Part shown: positions 37,252 to 50,990 of the stretch, one piece after another | Position numbering within the stretch: the stretch's first letter is position 1 | Layout of the letters: the number at the start of each line of letters is the position of its first letter | Source of the DNA: Octopus sinensis | Taxonomy: Eukaryota | NCBI RefSeq assembly: GCF_006345805.1 | Contig: NC_043001.1 | Location: 127,968,001 to 128,032,000, forward strand | Reading direction: 5' to 3' | DNA length: 64,000 nt | The notes under the pieces: generated by a model | Told to the model about the DNA's origin: nothing | Seen by the model: the letters and a program-made list of their open reading frames with translations, nothing else | Databases searched by the model: none | Made by a program: the position numbers and the translations under genes

Positions 37252-40200
37252 GTAAGTAATGTATGTATATGCATATTTCAAGAGTTATTGCTCTTTTATC
37301 AGCATCACATCCAACCTATCAACTATCCACGAATGCATTGCTTAAATACCCACCGAATTTAATGGTCTAACACTATTGAATAGACCAGTTTACGTATTAA
37401 ATTCATTCTTAGCAACTGGTTCATGAACATTGTTAGCAAGGACAAAATTTCGTTATGTAACCATAATATTCTACCAAGTACATTGACGGTGTATGAAATG
37501 TAACTTGCAGTGTTGGCTCTTAATCCTATAGAAAATCTATAAGATCAACGCAAAAAGTACTCCATCTGGTGTGAGAAATATTTAATAAGCAATTTATGTT
37601 TTATGTGCTACTATTAGTTTCATGTGCTGAAAGCATGCTTAAATACGTCTGGTGTCTTAGATTGATGATTGTACTAGGATACCAGGCATTTAAAAATACT
37701 GTCTGGCATGTTATCAGCACATGAAACTAATAGTAGCACATAAAAACATAGTGTTTATTTTATATATGTACGTGTGTGTGGCATATTCAACAAGTGGCTC
37801 ATTAAGTTGCTATGGTGGAAATTGAATAATATGATTTAATAAATTTAGCTATGAATAGTCTCACATTCAGTAAATGTTTTTTCAATAATTAACAAAACTA
37901 ATGTATGTTAATGAGAAAAAGAAAGCTTAATTCTTTCTTTGGGAGAAAATTACTTGTGTGAAGAATTTGTGGAATCAGATGTAAGGAAGTTGAGCCTTAC
38001 AGATTATACAGAATCTTAAAGAAGTATGATACTTACACTGAACATATTCTTGAGACTGCATCATTAATTCTAATCCTATTCTTGAGGTTGTATTGTGCAA
38101 TGAACTTACTGGAGTCATGTAAACTTTTAGGATACCTACAAAAAAAGATAACTACAAAAATACATGAACTCAGCCCACCTTGATGTCAATAACAAAATTT
38201 ACTTATTGATATTTGAGTGCATTAGGTATGGGTTTAAAGATATTTCATGTTTTTCTTTGAATATATGAAAAATAGATTTAAACATTACTGAAGGAATGAA
38301 ATGCTATTGACTTCAACAAGACACAAGTTTCGTTTCCATCATGTATGATAAGAGAACACAACCCTCCCAAAGGTTAAAAAAAATATTGGCACAAAAATGA
38401 ATTGAGCCAAGTAATCTGTATTACATATTAAGACCATCAGAGCAGTTATGCTATTGTTTCTATCTACCAAGATTTTGACTATCACCAATATACACATGTA
38501 TGTTTTACTCCTTTATATAATATATATATATACAAAGAGAGAGAGAGAGATGTATATATTTGTTCATCTTGTGTTTTTTTTCTATAAGAGCAAGGGTTGA
38601 ATGAAAACTTGGTAAAATTTTGCGCCTATCTCCAGTTATTATTTAAATAAGTGGTCTTTGAAAACTAGTATTATAGTGCTTTAACAAGTTTTTGTGTTTC
38701 TTGGCATTCACCAAATTTCATGCAGGGTTCTCTTTTTGCATTGATGTAACTGATACGTTGCTCTGATCAGTACCTTGCTGTCTGGAGGTCTGTTGTCAGG
38801 TCCCAAAAGCTTCATTTCCCAGCTGAATTTGAATTCTGAATGCAAACAGTTGCAAGACATCTTTGTCAAATTTTCTAAAACACATATGCCAATTCATTGT
38901 CCAAATAGTTGACTAGTGGAATTTGAACAAATACCAAAGGGCATTTTATCCAGTGCTGTAATGACTGCCAGTTTTGTTACCTTCGTTTTAGCAGAACGAA
39001 ACCAGTCACTTTGACTTCAGATGTTATACACTGCTGGTTTCAGTGTGTTTCCAATTCTTTCTTGATTGCTTCCTTCTTTACCGTCTTGGCCCACGTTGTC
39101 TAAATTGTCTTTCCATCACTGTGGAAGCTTTCTAGGTGGCCTTGGATACCACTTGGCTACTGCACAGGTTCACTTGTTGTTTGTGAACTTTGTGACAGCT
39201 CTGACCAAGTGGAACTTGTTTTTGGTATTCTCCAATCCCAGCAATCACCCTGCTCTGTTCTCAAATTACCTCATTTTGCAATGGTAGTCCTAGCATCAAT
39301 CTTTCCACGACCCCTTGCATTGTAGCCAATTGGTATTCTTTGCAATTGTCTACATCTCACTTGTATATGAGAATAAAGCAAATAGATTAGCTAATATCAA
39401 TTCTATTTGTGTACCTCAAAGTAGCTTATTTAAATCCCATAGTTACTGGACAGCAGCTTGAATTGGTGATAATTAGTTAAAGCAAATTTCAAGATAATGT
39501 CTAGATGATCACTATTACACTATCTTAAAATGAGAGGACACCTTCAACAATCTAGTTCTAGATACACTATTCCTGAATATGGCCGTTCAGCATATGATTG
39601 TAGTGGTCATCCCCCACTACTATCTAACAACCAGTGTTGGTTTGTTTATCTCCATAGCTTAGTGGTTCAGCAAAAGAAACTGATAGGATAAATACTGAGG
39701 TTGATATGTTCAGCTAAACCCTTCAAACCGGTGCCCCAATATGACTGCAGTCATGAATGGCATGTGGAAGCTCCATCTCTTCAGGTTTCTGTTGCAGCAT
39801 CTCTTCCCTTGAAGTTGTTTCACTCTACAGTGAGACATGTTCAAGATATTTCTAAACTCGGGTCACTCACAGGTTTGTAATGGAGATACATAATAGATTC
39901 ATTCAATCCCAAAACATGGTGGGATTTTATTTTATAAACTCTGGCGAAGTTGATATTATATTCTATTTAGTCCACCTGAGATGTTTTTGTAGCCCCAGGT
40001 CAGCTTTGATGGAGTAGACCTATAATCAAAGGCATTCCAGTCATGACCATTTTATCTTTTCTAGGTTTCTAGGACTATTATCTCAGATGTCCTTTCTGTT
40101 TCAAGACAATAAGTGGTGTGGTTTGATGGCAATTTGACTACTACTTCTAGCAGACTAAGCCAACTGTATTGAGGCTCCTTCATTAGTTGTAGTTTAAATA

Positions 40201-41038
40201 TGTACCATTTAAAATGATTTTGTATCTAACTGTTCCATATTAGCATTTCAGTGTAAAGGGAGTCCTATAATTGGGAGCTTTTTAATAAAGGTTTTCTTGT
40301 CTGTTGATCATGTCATAGGTTTATAACCCTGAAAAGAGGAAACAAATAACTGAACTTAATCTTAGTGTGCTAGAAGTAGTTGTCAAATCTCCATCTTAAA
40401 ACAAGAAGGACATGTGAGCTAATATGGTCCTAGAACATTGGAGAAAAGATTAAATGTTTGTGACTGGAATGCCTTTGATCATAGGTCTGTTCAATCAAAT
40501 GCGATTCTTTATCACCAAAGGTCTCTTGCTGTTCATGATTTCTCAAGGGCACAAATTTGTAGATCTGCTATGTAATCCACAGATTTAATGCTAGTATATG
40601 CTGGAGAAATGAAAGGCAGTCAATCCTGGTGGAATATTTATATTCTGAAGTTACAGGATATAACTCAAGAATGTAAAAAGTGGTGCTTCAGAATGGCTGC
40701 AGTCCAATAACTGAAACAAAGGTACATGCATTTAGTGTTGCAATGCAGTTTGATGTCCATGAGATAGTGGAAGCTTGTGCACAGAATAGGCTGTTGCCAT
40801 CTCATTTAACCTTTAATTAGATCTATATGCCAGTTCCAATGATAGGATGAGTTGGGGGTGATTATTAGAGAACACTAGGCTGACGTTGAGTACTGAAATG
40901 AATTCTGCATATCTCCAGGAGAGAAAAGGGTTAAACTACCAGCTAATGATTTATTTGTCAGTTTTTCAGTGTTACAGCTGCCTACAGAGTACTTACTATT
41001 TTCAGCAAGGTGGACTGAGTTAGGGTAGTGTTTATATA

Positions 41039-41817
41039 TATGGTGCGGTGAATAAACTGTTTAAATTACACAAAAATGAAAGTAACAGACATCTCACTTT
41101 AAGATATATTTACCAAAATTACATAAAAATCTTTTTAAATACTAAAGAGTAAATTTATTCAATAAAATTGCCATTGGCTTCAACCACGACCTTTGGAATC
41201 TCCTGCAACTCTTCTGGACAGTCTCCTTGTTTAAATTGGGGAATGCTGCCATAATCCTTGCCTTCAGTTCATCTTTGGTGTTACAAGGAATTTTATTCAT
41301 CTCTTGCTCAACTGTGCCCCACACATAATAATCAAGGGGGTTGCAGTCTTGGGAGTTAGGAGTGATGTGGTCACAGAAATCGTGTGACAGTCATGACTGG
41401 GTTCTCCTGCTTGAGTGGCATGGTACAGAGTCCTGTTGCCATACAGGGTTTTCCAGTAGGCCTCTGTGTTGAGTCTAAGACCGCATGGGAAGATGAATGG
41501 AGGTATAACATCACCATCACTACTGATCAGTCCAAGCACCATGATGTTGACTGGATGCCTGATTTTACCGCTCTCAGTACATGTCCTCAAATTGACATCC
41601 AAACACTCTGAAATGTTTGTGTTAGAGCTCCATGTGCAAGTGACTAACAGTACAGCATGTCATTTCCAAATTTTGGGCACAGTGAATTGCATCATGGTGC
41701 TTTTTTTCTCACAGACAAGTCCCCAACTGACCCTACTATACTGTATAGTTGACAAAATCAAAAACAATGTGCATGTCCAAAATTAAAAATATAAAATGGC
41801 GACAATTTACCCATCAC

Positions 41818-41823
<6 letters not shown>
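41039..41823 (-). mobile_element. Internally deleted Tc1/mariner element, maT-like
   Basis: Remnants HPVNIMVLGLISSDGDVIPPFIFPCGLRLNTEAY and MWGTVEQ..NTKDELKARI; diverged TIRs inside TA runs. Confidence 0.8.
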
Positions 41824-41854
<31 letters not shown>

Positions 41855-42928
41855 AGAGAGTACTTCGGTTTGTCAAGGGTTACTATTCATCTGCTCATGT
41901 GCAGGCTGGCACAGATATTTTTTTGAAGAAGACTAGAAATTGCTCATGCATACAAGTTTCCCCTTTCCATGCCACCAATGTTTATCCAAGAGAAAAGCTG
42001 CTGATACTGCTTGACACCAGTTTTGTTGCAGGTATTGCTGTCGGAACAGAAAGAGCTGAAACAGATACTGTAAGACATCTCACCTGACCCTATGACAGTT
42101 TTCCTAGTTTACTACCCTCAGTTACTACTTTTTGTCAACTCTGAAAGGATGAAAATACACCTGATATACCACAAACTACACAGTGGATCTAATATGTAGT
42201 CTGTATATTATTAATGTTTGTAAGAGTTTGTCTATCGTCTTGCGGAAGACTTTGGTACATCATCAGTCAGGTTTCTGGTCACTGACAACACAATGTTCCG
42301 CTCATTCGAAATGAGACAAAAATGTTTTTGAAAATGTGCTTAAAATGTAAGTATTATACCTGGGTTACATACTTTATTTTTAAGAATAATCATAACTGCT
42401 CTGAACATTGTACACCTTCACAATGCTTCCTTGAGATTTTCCAGCCCCTTATGAACTCAGCATCCCAAAGTGGACCACTTACATAGATCAGCAGTTATTA
42501 CTTTGTATAAAGACTGGGTTTCCTTTTTACGTCCTGAATATGCTTTAATTCAGAACAATCATTAACTTTTTACATGACATAAGTGTGCACATGCATATCT
42601 ATGAGTTTGAGATTTCAGCTGCTGCAAACAAATGAGACTGCATTGCAAAAAAATAGAGCCATCAGACTGATGAGAAAACATTCACTTACCAACAGGTGAG
42701 AACCACGAACTCAGTGTAAGAAAATCTTTATTTATTCATATATTCTACTGCACATGTTTCCTTAGTAGTCAGCTAATTGTCATATTTGCACTGCTTGATT
42801 TTGAGGATCATCTGAGAATGGCCAGCCTTCCCATTGACTCACCAACTCAATGATATTTACACCTTCATATTACTACAAGCTAATAATGAAAAATTCCTAC
42901 TTATTAAACCTATTTGTTTATTTTTCAG

Positions 42929-43458
42929 GCATATCTGGATAGCTCGATGTGAAGACCAAGCCATTGTAAATCTCAAACACCCATTGGAAAGAAACTTGGC
43001 TGGATTCTGTGAAATCAGTGTTTTATCTGGTTGTATTTGCTTATTAGATGCGAAAATAGTGCCAGATGGACAGTGGCATCCATTATATTCTCCACACGAC
43101 CATACACCTCTCAAGTTGGTGACTCTACATTCGTGTGGTAAGGATGGTCTTGTCATCACCAAAAAGAAAGTTGCATCGATGCTTTCAGAGTCAGACAATT
43201 TTGTAAACAGAATTGATTCTAATTCAGTAATTCTGTTGGTCCGCCGACTTCGGTGGGCTTTCACTGATTACATAAGCACCATTCGTCCATATCAGAGTCT
43301 CTTTCAAGGACTGAAGGAGGAAGACAAAACTACATGTAACCAGACCCTTCAGCCATTTGGTATAAGTTTCATTGCTAAATCAAATATGCCAGATTATACT
43401 TCTTCAGCTGAGGAACAGCATTTTATAGAAAAATGGGAGTCATTAATAAAAAGTAAAG
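42929..43458 (+). CDS. NOL9: NOL9 exon: N-terminal (pre-kinase) domain
   Basis: Acceptor tttttcAG, donor AAG|GTTTGT; 530 nt; GFCEISVLSGCICLL..LYSPHDHTPL resembles NOL9 GICRVTCLYGQVQVF..FSVYTHSCL. Confidence 0.85.
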
Positions 43459-43722
43459 GTTTGTTACAAATTTCTTCTCTCTCTTCACCCATTTTAAAAA
43501 GGGGTTTTGTATGCTCCTTTTCTTTGTATTTTTTTCACTTCTTTCAGTTAGTGAACTGTGGCCATACTAGAGTAACAGCTTCAGTTTATATTGCCACCAC
43601 CACAACATTCATTTCAATTTGGTACTTATTTTATTGATCTCTATCAAACCATTAAGTTATGGGACTTAAAGAAATACGAAAAAAACAGCACAGATATACA
43701 CACACACTGAGTTCACTTTTTC

Positions 43723-44123
43723 ACTTTTACTCTTTTACTTGTTTCAGTCATTTGACTGCGGCCATGCTGGAGCACCACCTTTAATCGAGCAACTCGACCC
43801 CTGGACTTATTCTTTTTGTAAGCCCAGTACTTATTCTATCGGTCTCTTTTGCCGAACCACTAAGTAACGGGGACATAAACACTCCAGCATTGGTTGTCAA
43901 GCAATGCTAGAGGAACAAACACAGACACACAAACACACACACGCATATATATATATACATATATACGACAGGCTTCTTTTCAGTTTCTGTCTACCAAATC
44001 CACTCACAAGGCTTTGGTCGGCCCAAGGTTATAGTAGAAGACACTTGCCCAAGGTGCCACGCAGTGGGACTGAACCCGGAACCATGTGGTTGGTAAAGAA
44101 GCTACTTATCACACAGCCACTCC
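43723..44123 (-). mobile_element. tRNA-derived CORE-type SINE (family A), full length
   Basis: Near-identical to 14679-15060. Confidence 0.9.
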
Positions 44124-44901
44124 TGTGCCTGTTAATTTCTGTTAATTTTATTTTATTTGTTTGGTTTATTAGCAGGCCAGTGATTGTGTATTTAAGGTGT
44201 AGGCTGTGGATCAAATGATTAAAGAGTTAAAGCCTTCTCTTAGGAAAGCCAATGACAGAGTGTCTCTGATGTTGCTTGAACTGCTAGAAATAGCAGCCAA
44301 ATCTACCTCAGATTACATCCTGTATCTTCAAAATAAAGGACATAGTGGATAATTTTAAACCTAGATATGCATTGCTCAAGATAAAGATGAGATGGTTATT
44401 GCTTGACTACTTCCTTATCTCAGATCTGCTGAGTTGAGACTAGCATTAAGGATAAACATTAACAATAGCTACAACCAGTCTACTTGACTTGCTTTTGTTA
44501 GTGCTAAGAAGTGACCCAGATATGTTAGCTTGGGAAAATAAATGTAAATTAAAAAATATTATTCTAGGAACACTGTATGTATGAAATTGATGGTGATAAT
44601 TATCATCAACATTTAATGTCCGTTTTCCATGCTGGCAAGTGATGGATGGCTTGATAGGAACTGCCAGTGGCTCGACCAGGTTCCATAGTCTGTTTTGGCT
44701 TGGTTATTTTTTACAGTTGGACACCCTAATGCAAACCACTTGACAGAGTGTACAGGGTGCTTTTTACATGGTACCTTGATTTTAGGATCTCGATTCTGTT
44801 TTGATGAGTAGGTCTACTTGGTCCTCTGTCATCTCCTTCATAAGATTCAGCATTTTGAGATCGGCCTTCAATGCTTCGTCCTATATCTTCCTAGGTCTCC
44901 C

Positions 44902-44984
<83 letters not shown>

Positions 44985-44990
44985 ATGTAT

Positions 44991-45203
44991 GTGGCACGTA
45001 AAAAGCACCATCCAATTGTGGCTGGTGGCACGTAAAAAGCACCCACTACACTCACGGAGTGGTTGGCATTAGGAAGGGCATCCAGCTGTAGAAACATTGT
45101 CAGATCAGACTGGGCCTGGTGCAGCCTTCTGGCTTCCCAGACCCCAGTTGAACCGTCCAATCCATGCTAGCATGGAAGGCAGATGCTAAATGATGATGAT
45201 GAT
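44991..45203 (+). mobile_element. V-domain SINE (family C)
   Basis: gcacgtaaaaagcacccactacactc..aggaagggcatccagc..(gat)n tail. Confidence 0.88.
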
Positions 45204-45808
45204 ATATACATATATATATATGCGTGTGTGTGTGTGTGAGAGAGAGACATAAACACCACAGCTTTTATGCTGCTATAAAACAAAATGTGTTGCAACGATT
45301 GAATGTCTAAAGATGTTGAATAAAATACCTAATTTCACAAAACAGTTTGTATTAGGAAAGGCATCTGCCTGCAGAGTTTTGTCTCAAAAAATTCTTATCC
45401 ACCCCATGCCTGCATGGATAAAACAGATAAAAAAATATAATGAAGATGATCTATTTATATACGCATGTGTGTTGGATTGTAAGTATTAATGTGTCTTAGG
45501 TTTATCTTAGTTTATTTCAAATTTTAGTGGTAATGTCTGCACTAATTATATTGACTCTACCTTTAGTAAAGAGGTAGCAACATATGCCAACATCACATCA
45601 TGCTGAAGACGAGGCAACAAATGTCTAAAACTTTTGATGATGAACTTGGGAAATTTAATCTTTCAAATAGCTTTATGAAAAGTATGATAAAAAGAAACTA
45701 AAACACTGTTGTGCTTGCAATGGGCAAATCACTTCCATTCAAAGATGAGAATTGTATTGTTCAGGCTTCTGAAGTACTTGCCCCTGAATTAATGTGTAAC
45801 TGGCTGAA

Positions 45809-46140
45809 TCATCATCATCATCATTTAACGTCCGCTTTCCATGCTAGCATGGGTTGGACGATTCAACGGGTCTGGGAAGCCAGAAGGCTGTGCGAGGCCC
45901 AGTCTGATCTGGCAGTGTTTCTACAGCTGGATGCCCTTCCTAATGCCAACCACTCTGTGAGCGTAGTGGGTGCTTTTTACGTGCCACCGGCACAGGTGCC
46001 AGATGAGGCTGGCAAACGGCCACGATCGGATGGTGCTTTTTACGTGCCACCGGTGCGGAGACCAGACAAAGCTGGCAATGGCCACAAATCGGATGGTGCT
46101 TTTTACGTGCCACCGGCACGGAGACCAGACGAAGCTGGCG
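45809..46140 (-). mobile_element. V-domain SINE (family C) with three subunits
   Basis: (cat)n tail, core and units at ~45968, 46030 and 46093. Confidence 0.88.
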
Positions 46141-47219
46141 GGATATATAATTCTTAGACCGAATCATTGTGATACAGTATGTGACAAGTTTGCACCTGAA
46201 TTACAGGCACAATTCATCCAAGTCTTCTCTACAGTCTCTATCTGCCCAGTTTCACAACGTGTGGTTCAACCCAAGGAAATAAAAAGTGACATTTGTCTAA
46301 GATATATATAAAAGTGACTTCTGCCTGTTGGACCCCCCCCCCCACCTTCCTGCTGACCAAAGCTGTGAATTTGGCAACTGAAAACTGAAAGAAGCTGTTA
46401 TGTGTGTGCATGGGGGGTTGGAGTGTGTCTGTATATGTTTTTATGTGTGTATATTTGTCTCCTTGCCACAACATTGCATGATAGTTGTAAATCAGATTCA
46501 CTGTCATGTAACTGCTGTCATTTGTTTCTTCTCTTCCATGTAACCATGTCCAGCCATGGGGAAAGAAGGACATTTGACCATAGAAAATCAGACTCAACAA
46601 ATTTCGTCTAACCCATGAATGCATGGAATAGTGGATGTTAAAACGATGATGATGATATATATACTTTGGGAAGCTTTACACAGCTCTCACAGTAAATGAA
46701 CTATTACACTGCTTGCATCTACCCTCTGAAGTCACCCATCTAAACACTAATCATATGTGTATAGCTTAGCTCTGAAAATAATGAGGATGAGGAGAAAAAG
46801 GATGGCAGCAAGAGGAGGAAGAGGATTTCTATTTTTCTAAATATACAAAATTTTCCATTGAGCCGAATATATTGCAGTTTTCGTTTCTTTGGTCATTGAA
46901 AAAGAAAAATGTTCAGTTAGTTTCTGTTCAGTGAAATGAATTTGATAACAACAACAAAAACACTAGAACACTTAGCTTCCTCAGTTAAGACTTAAAAATG
47001 AAACAACACATTCTTCCAGAATATATGCCGGATTTTATTCTATATTGTTGTTGATGAATAGTATTGGTCAGTTTCTGTTTTGTCTTTCCTGTTTTGCTGT
47101 GGTCATGAGAACAAATTATAACAGTTATTTTATATAAATTCTATAAAAAGAGGATTGTTTAAAGAGATAAACCAACAATTAAGGCATATCAACTATATTA
47201 CAATGTGTGTGTGTGTGTA

Positions 47220-47617
47220 TCATCATCATCATCATCGTTTAACGTCTGCTTTCCATGCTAGCATGGGTTGGATGATTTGACTAAGATCTGGCGAACCAGA
47301 TGGCTGCACCAGACTCCAATCTGATCTGGCAGAGTTTCTACAGATGGATGCCCTTCCTGACGCCAACCACTCCGAGAGTGTAGTGGGTGCTTTTACGTGC
47401 CACTGGCACGAGGGCCAGTCAGGCGGTACTGGCAACGGACACCACGCTCAAATGGTGCTTTTTATGTGCCACCTGCACAGGAGCCAGTCCAGCGGCACTG
47501 GCAACGACCTCGCTCAAATGTTTTTTCACATGCCACCAGCACAAGTGTCAGTAAGGCGACGCTAGTAACGATCACGCTCGAATGGTGATTTTTACGTGCC
47601 ACCGGCACGGAGGCCAA
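47220..47617 (-). mobile_element. V-domain SINE (family C), diverged
   Basis: Same tail and core with four degenerate subunits. Confidence 0.85.
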
Positions 47618-48534
47618 CTTGTGTAGCACAATTACACTGGCAAATAAGCATGAATGCCTTTACACATATATAGTTAGAGTAATTATAATAGTTACAATAA
47701 CAGTGCATTAGAACTGACAAGTGGATGAGGTATTGGACTATATATTTCTAGATCATGAGTTCAGTCCTGACTTGAACTCATCAAAAAAACATCATTATTT
47801 AATGCCTGCTTTCCATGCAGGGAACACAGCTATGCCTGCATCTTTGAATTAGACCTTATGTGAGGCAAAATAACAATAACTGCTTAACACTATGAATCTA
47901 AAGTGAAACACTTAACATCCTTGAAAAGCCTCTCAGGGAATGAGGAGATTATTACATTCTCTGATTGCTGTTTGGTATTTTTTTAAAATGGAAAACATCC
48001 CTGCAATAGACTGAAATCTAATCATGGGAGATATTCATTGCTCATTACCTTATTTTTAGAAAACCCAATCTCAGTAATGACCCTTCCTATCTTCTCTCCT
48101 CTGCTGAATTTGTTAAAAGGGTTGACTTGGATGTGAAAGTTCTTATTTTGCTAGATCCAGCATATTTTATCCCTAGTTAAGTGCTGCATCAGTTTTCATA
48201 GTTGAGCTATGAGTACCATTTAGGGTCATAATGTATTGAGTTGTATAGTTTGACTGAAGGAAATTGGAAAACCATATTCTGCCGCTCTGCTTGAAACAAT
48301 ACCCAAAGACCTATGTGAGATGAGCTAATGAGGAAGCTTCTATGTGGTTACTCTGCCTACTAGAAACCTCAGTCAAATTTCACTCATCACATCCTACAAG
48401 CTTATGCAAAGAGGTTTACACTGGACAATGTAGTCCCTGATATACAAAAGACAGGATGATCAGGATTGGAATGCATTTGATCATAGGTCTGCTCAATCAA
48501 AGCTAACCTAGATCTAAATATCAACAACAACCAA

Positions 48535-48850
48535 TCATCATCATCAGTTAACGTCCGTTTTCCATGCTAGCATGGATTGGATGGTTCAACTGGGGTCTGA
48601 GAAGCCAGGTGGCTGTGCCAGGCTCCAGTCTGATCTGGCAGTGTTTCTACAGCTGGATGCCCTTCCTAATGCCAACCACTCTGTGAGTGTAGTGGGTGCT
48701 TTTTATGTGCCACTGGCACAGAGCCAGAGGTGACTGGCAAACGGCTGCGATCTTTTGGTGCTTTTTACGTGTCACTGACACTGATGCCAGTCCGGAGGCG
48801 CTGAGATCAGCCATGTTAGGATGGTGCTTTTTATATGCCACCGGTATGGG
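48535..48850 (-). mobile_element. V-domain SINE (family C)
   Basis: Same tail and core. Confidence 0.85.
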
Positions 48851-48889
48851 TATCACGACTACAATTTCCATTTGATTTTTTATTTTGAT

Positions 48890-49140
48890 GTTGATGTACT
48901 TGACTCAATAGGTCTCCTCAAGCACAGCGGGTCATCCTATGATCCAAGGTTAGCACAGCAGGCCTTCCTGCGAGCCATAAACTCACTTCATTTGTCGGGT
49001 CTTCGCAGTCACAGCATATCTGCAGAGGTCTCGGTCTTTCGTCATAGCCTCTGTGAGGCCCAATGTTGACCACCTCATCCCATGTCTTCCTGGATCTAGC
49101 TCTACCCCAGATTCCTTCAAGCAGTGTATACAATGTGGTT
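48890..49140 (-). mobile_element. RTE LINE 3' fragment
   Basis: LEGIWGRARSRKTWDEVV matches the RTE GRGRPRKTW motif. Confidence 0.7.
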
Positions 49141-49284
49141 TCAATTTTATGTTCTGTGATGCTCAGTTTTCCTTCTTTAACACCACCACCTGGTCCTTGT
49201 TTGCTTTTCTCTAAGTTCGCTCTGTTGCAAGCATTTTCACTAAACTCCTGGTTTCCTTGATACCCATTTTTTTCTCTGTAAATG

Positions 49285-49511
49285 TTAATCCTTTAGCATC
49301 TAGATTACTCTATCAAATATAACACTTATTAATTCACACTGTTTTGAATTAATCATACATTCTCATAGCTTCAAAATTTTAATTTGTGATTGTATATTTT
49401 TAGAATGACATTGTAGAAATAAGGTGTGAGAAGCCAGATCTGGTCAGTTTCTATATAGAATAGGTAGAATATTTGGGCTGGATATGGTCAGTTTAAATGC
49501 TAAGCAGTTAA
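49285..49511. mobile_element. TTAA MITE, diverged copy
   Basis: ttaatcctttagcat ... gctaagcagttaa; interior similar to 33174-33398. Confidence 0.75.
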
Positions 49512-49969
49512 TGTTGGGTATTTGGTTGCACCAATTTTATCCGTCTTTAAGGGCTTGCAAAGTTTGTAGATACTGCCTTTTGCTTTCTGAGTAATTTATA
49601 CTAACTATGAAGCAATAATAATTTTTACTTCTTGTCACAACTTTCTCTCTGGTCCAGGTAATTTACAAGTCTCACTTTGCTTCGAGAAAAGGGTATAAAT
49701 ACTGTGAATATAAACCTGGTAGAAAATAATGTGGTACTCACTATATCATAAATATTGTGGTACAAGCAATTCTGAAGTCTCAGTTGTTTACAATACAGTT
49801 GTCCTAATACCAACAATAATTATAATCCCTTCTGCTATGGACACAAGGCCCGAAATTTTAGTGAAAAGGGCAAGTCAATTATATGGGCCCCAATGCTTGA
49901 CTAATACTTAGTTTATCAACCCTGAAAGAATGGAAGGCAAAGTTGACCCTATCAGAATTTGAACCCAGA

Positions 49970-50004
<35 letters not shown>

Positions 50005-50492
50005 GTTGTAGTAGTTCTACTATAGGTAAAAGGCTTGAAATTTTGGAGGCAGGGGCTAGTTGAGTGCATTCACCCCAGTGCTCAGCTAGTCCTTTTTTGA
50101 TTGATGCTGAAGGGATGAAAGGCAAAGTCAACCATGGCAGAATTTGAACTCAGAGAGAGTGTAAGGCTAGAAGAAATTTGCTATTGGTTTCTAATTTAGA
50201 CACAAGGCTAGCTATTTTGATGGGAGTAACTTAGTCAAAGTTATTCACCCCAGGATTTGAACTTAGAATCCAAGGGGCTGGAACACACTGCATCATGTAA
50301 GAAAGTAAAACATTATCTTACAATCATGAGTGCAACACTAACCACAAGGCTTGTGACCTAATGGTTAGGGTGTTGCGCTCACAGTCTTTAACCTTTTGGC
50401 ATCCAGTTCAGTTTATAAATATTGTGGTACAAGCAATTCTGAAGTCTCTGTTGTTTACAATACAGTTGTTCTAATACCAACAATAATAATAA

Positions 50493-50655
50493 TGGGTTGG
50501 ACGGTTCAGCTGGGGTCTGGGAAGCCAGAAGGCTGCACCAGGCCCAGTCTGATCTGGCAGTGTTTCTACAGCTAGATGCCCTTCCTAACGCCAACCACTC
50601 CGTGAGTGTAGTGGGTGCTTTTTACATGCCACCGGCACAGGTGCCAGACGAGGCA
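50493..50655 (-). mobile_element. Truncated V-domain SINE inside a disrupted MITE (50388-50808)
   Basis: SINE core without tail; MITE right half continues to gctaaagggttaa at ~50808. Confidence 0.8.
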
Positions 50656-50905
50656 TTATTTTATAGCTTTGAGATTTCGATTATGTGATTGCTTATTTTT
50701 AAAATGACATTGTAGGGTAAGTCTGAGAAACCGTATTTGGCCAATGTGAACATGAAACAAATAGAATATTTTTGCCAGATATGGCCAGTTTGAATGCTAA
50801 AGGGTTAATAGTAATATTTTGATAATAATTTCTCTTACAATGTTTTTTGAATATGAAATGTTTGACTTTCTAATTTATGGAGTTCATTTTTAACTTAATT
50901 TTCAG

Positions 50906-50990
50906 AGAATCCAAGAATTTTGTTGTGTGGATCAACAAATACAGGAAAATCTACATTTTGCCGAAGATTGTTAAATATCTGCCTTAATAT
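50906..50990 (+). CDS. NOL9: NOL9 exon with Walker A (NPRILLCGSTNTGKSTFCRRLLN)
   Basis: ttttcAG and AT|GTAAGT; 85 nt, phase 1 to 2; GxxxxGKST as in Clp1/Grc3 kinases; missed by the ORF track. Confidence 0.95.

Noticed and set aside
37082-37498. Diverged ~65-bp direct repeat flanking the 37218 microexon as a duplicated exon unit
   Set aside because: The second unit contains no paralogue of the microexon
38690-39360. Possible BEL/Pao integrase C-terminal remnant on the minus strand
   Set aside because: Only a faint motif resemblance with stops; no LTRs; cannot be supported without a profile search
42834-43637. 267-aa ORF as a standalone gene
   Set aside because: Both ends are intronic read-through; the real exon is 42929-43458
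45968-46140. CRISPR-like repeat-spacer pattern of gtgctttttacgtgccacc units
   Set aside because: Eukaryotic context, no cas genes, the 'spacers' are homologous to each other, and the units belong to a dispersed SINE
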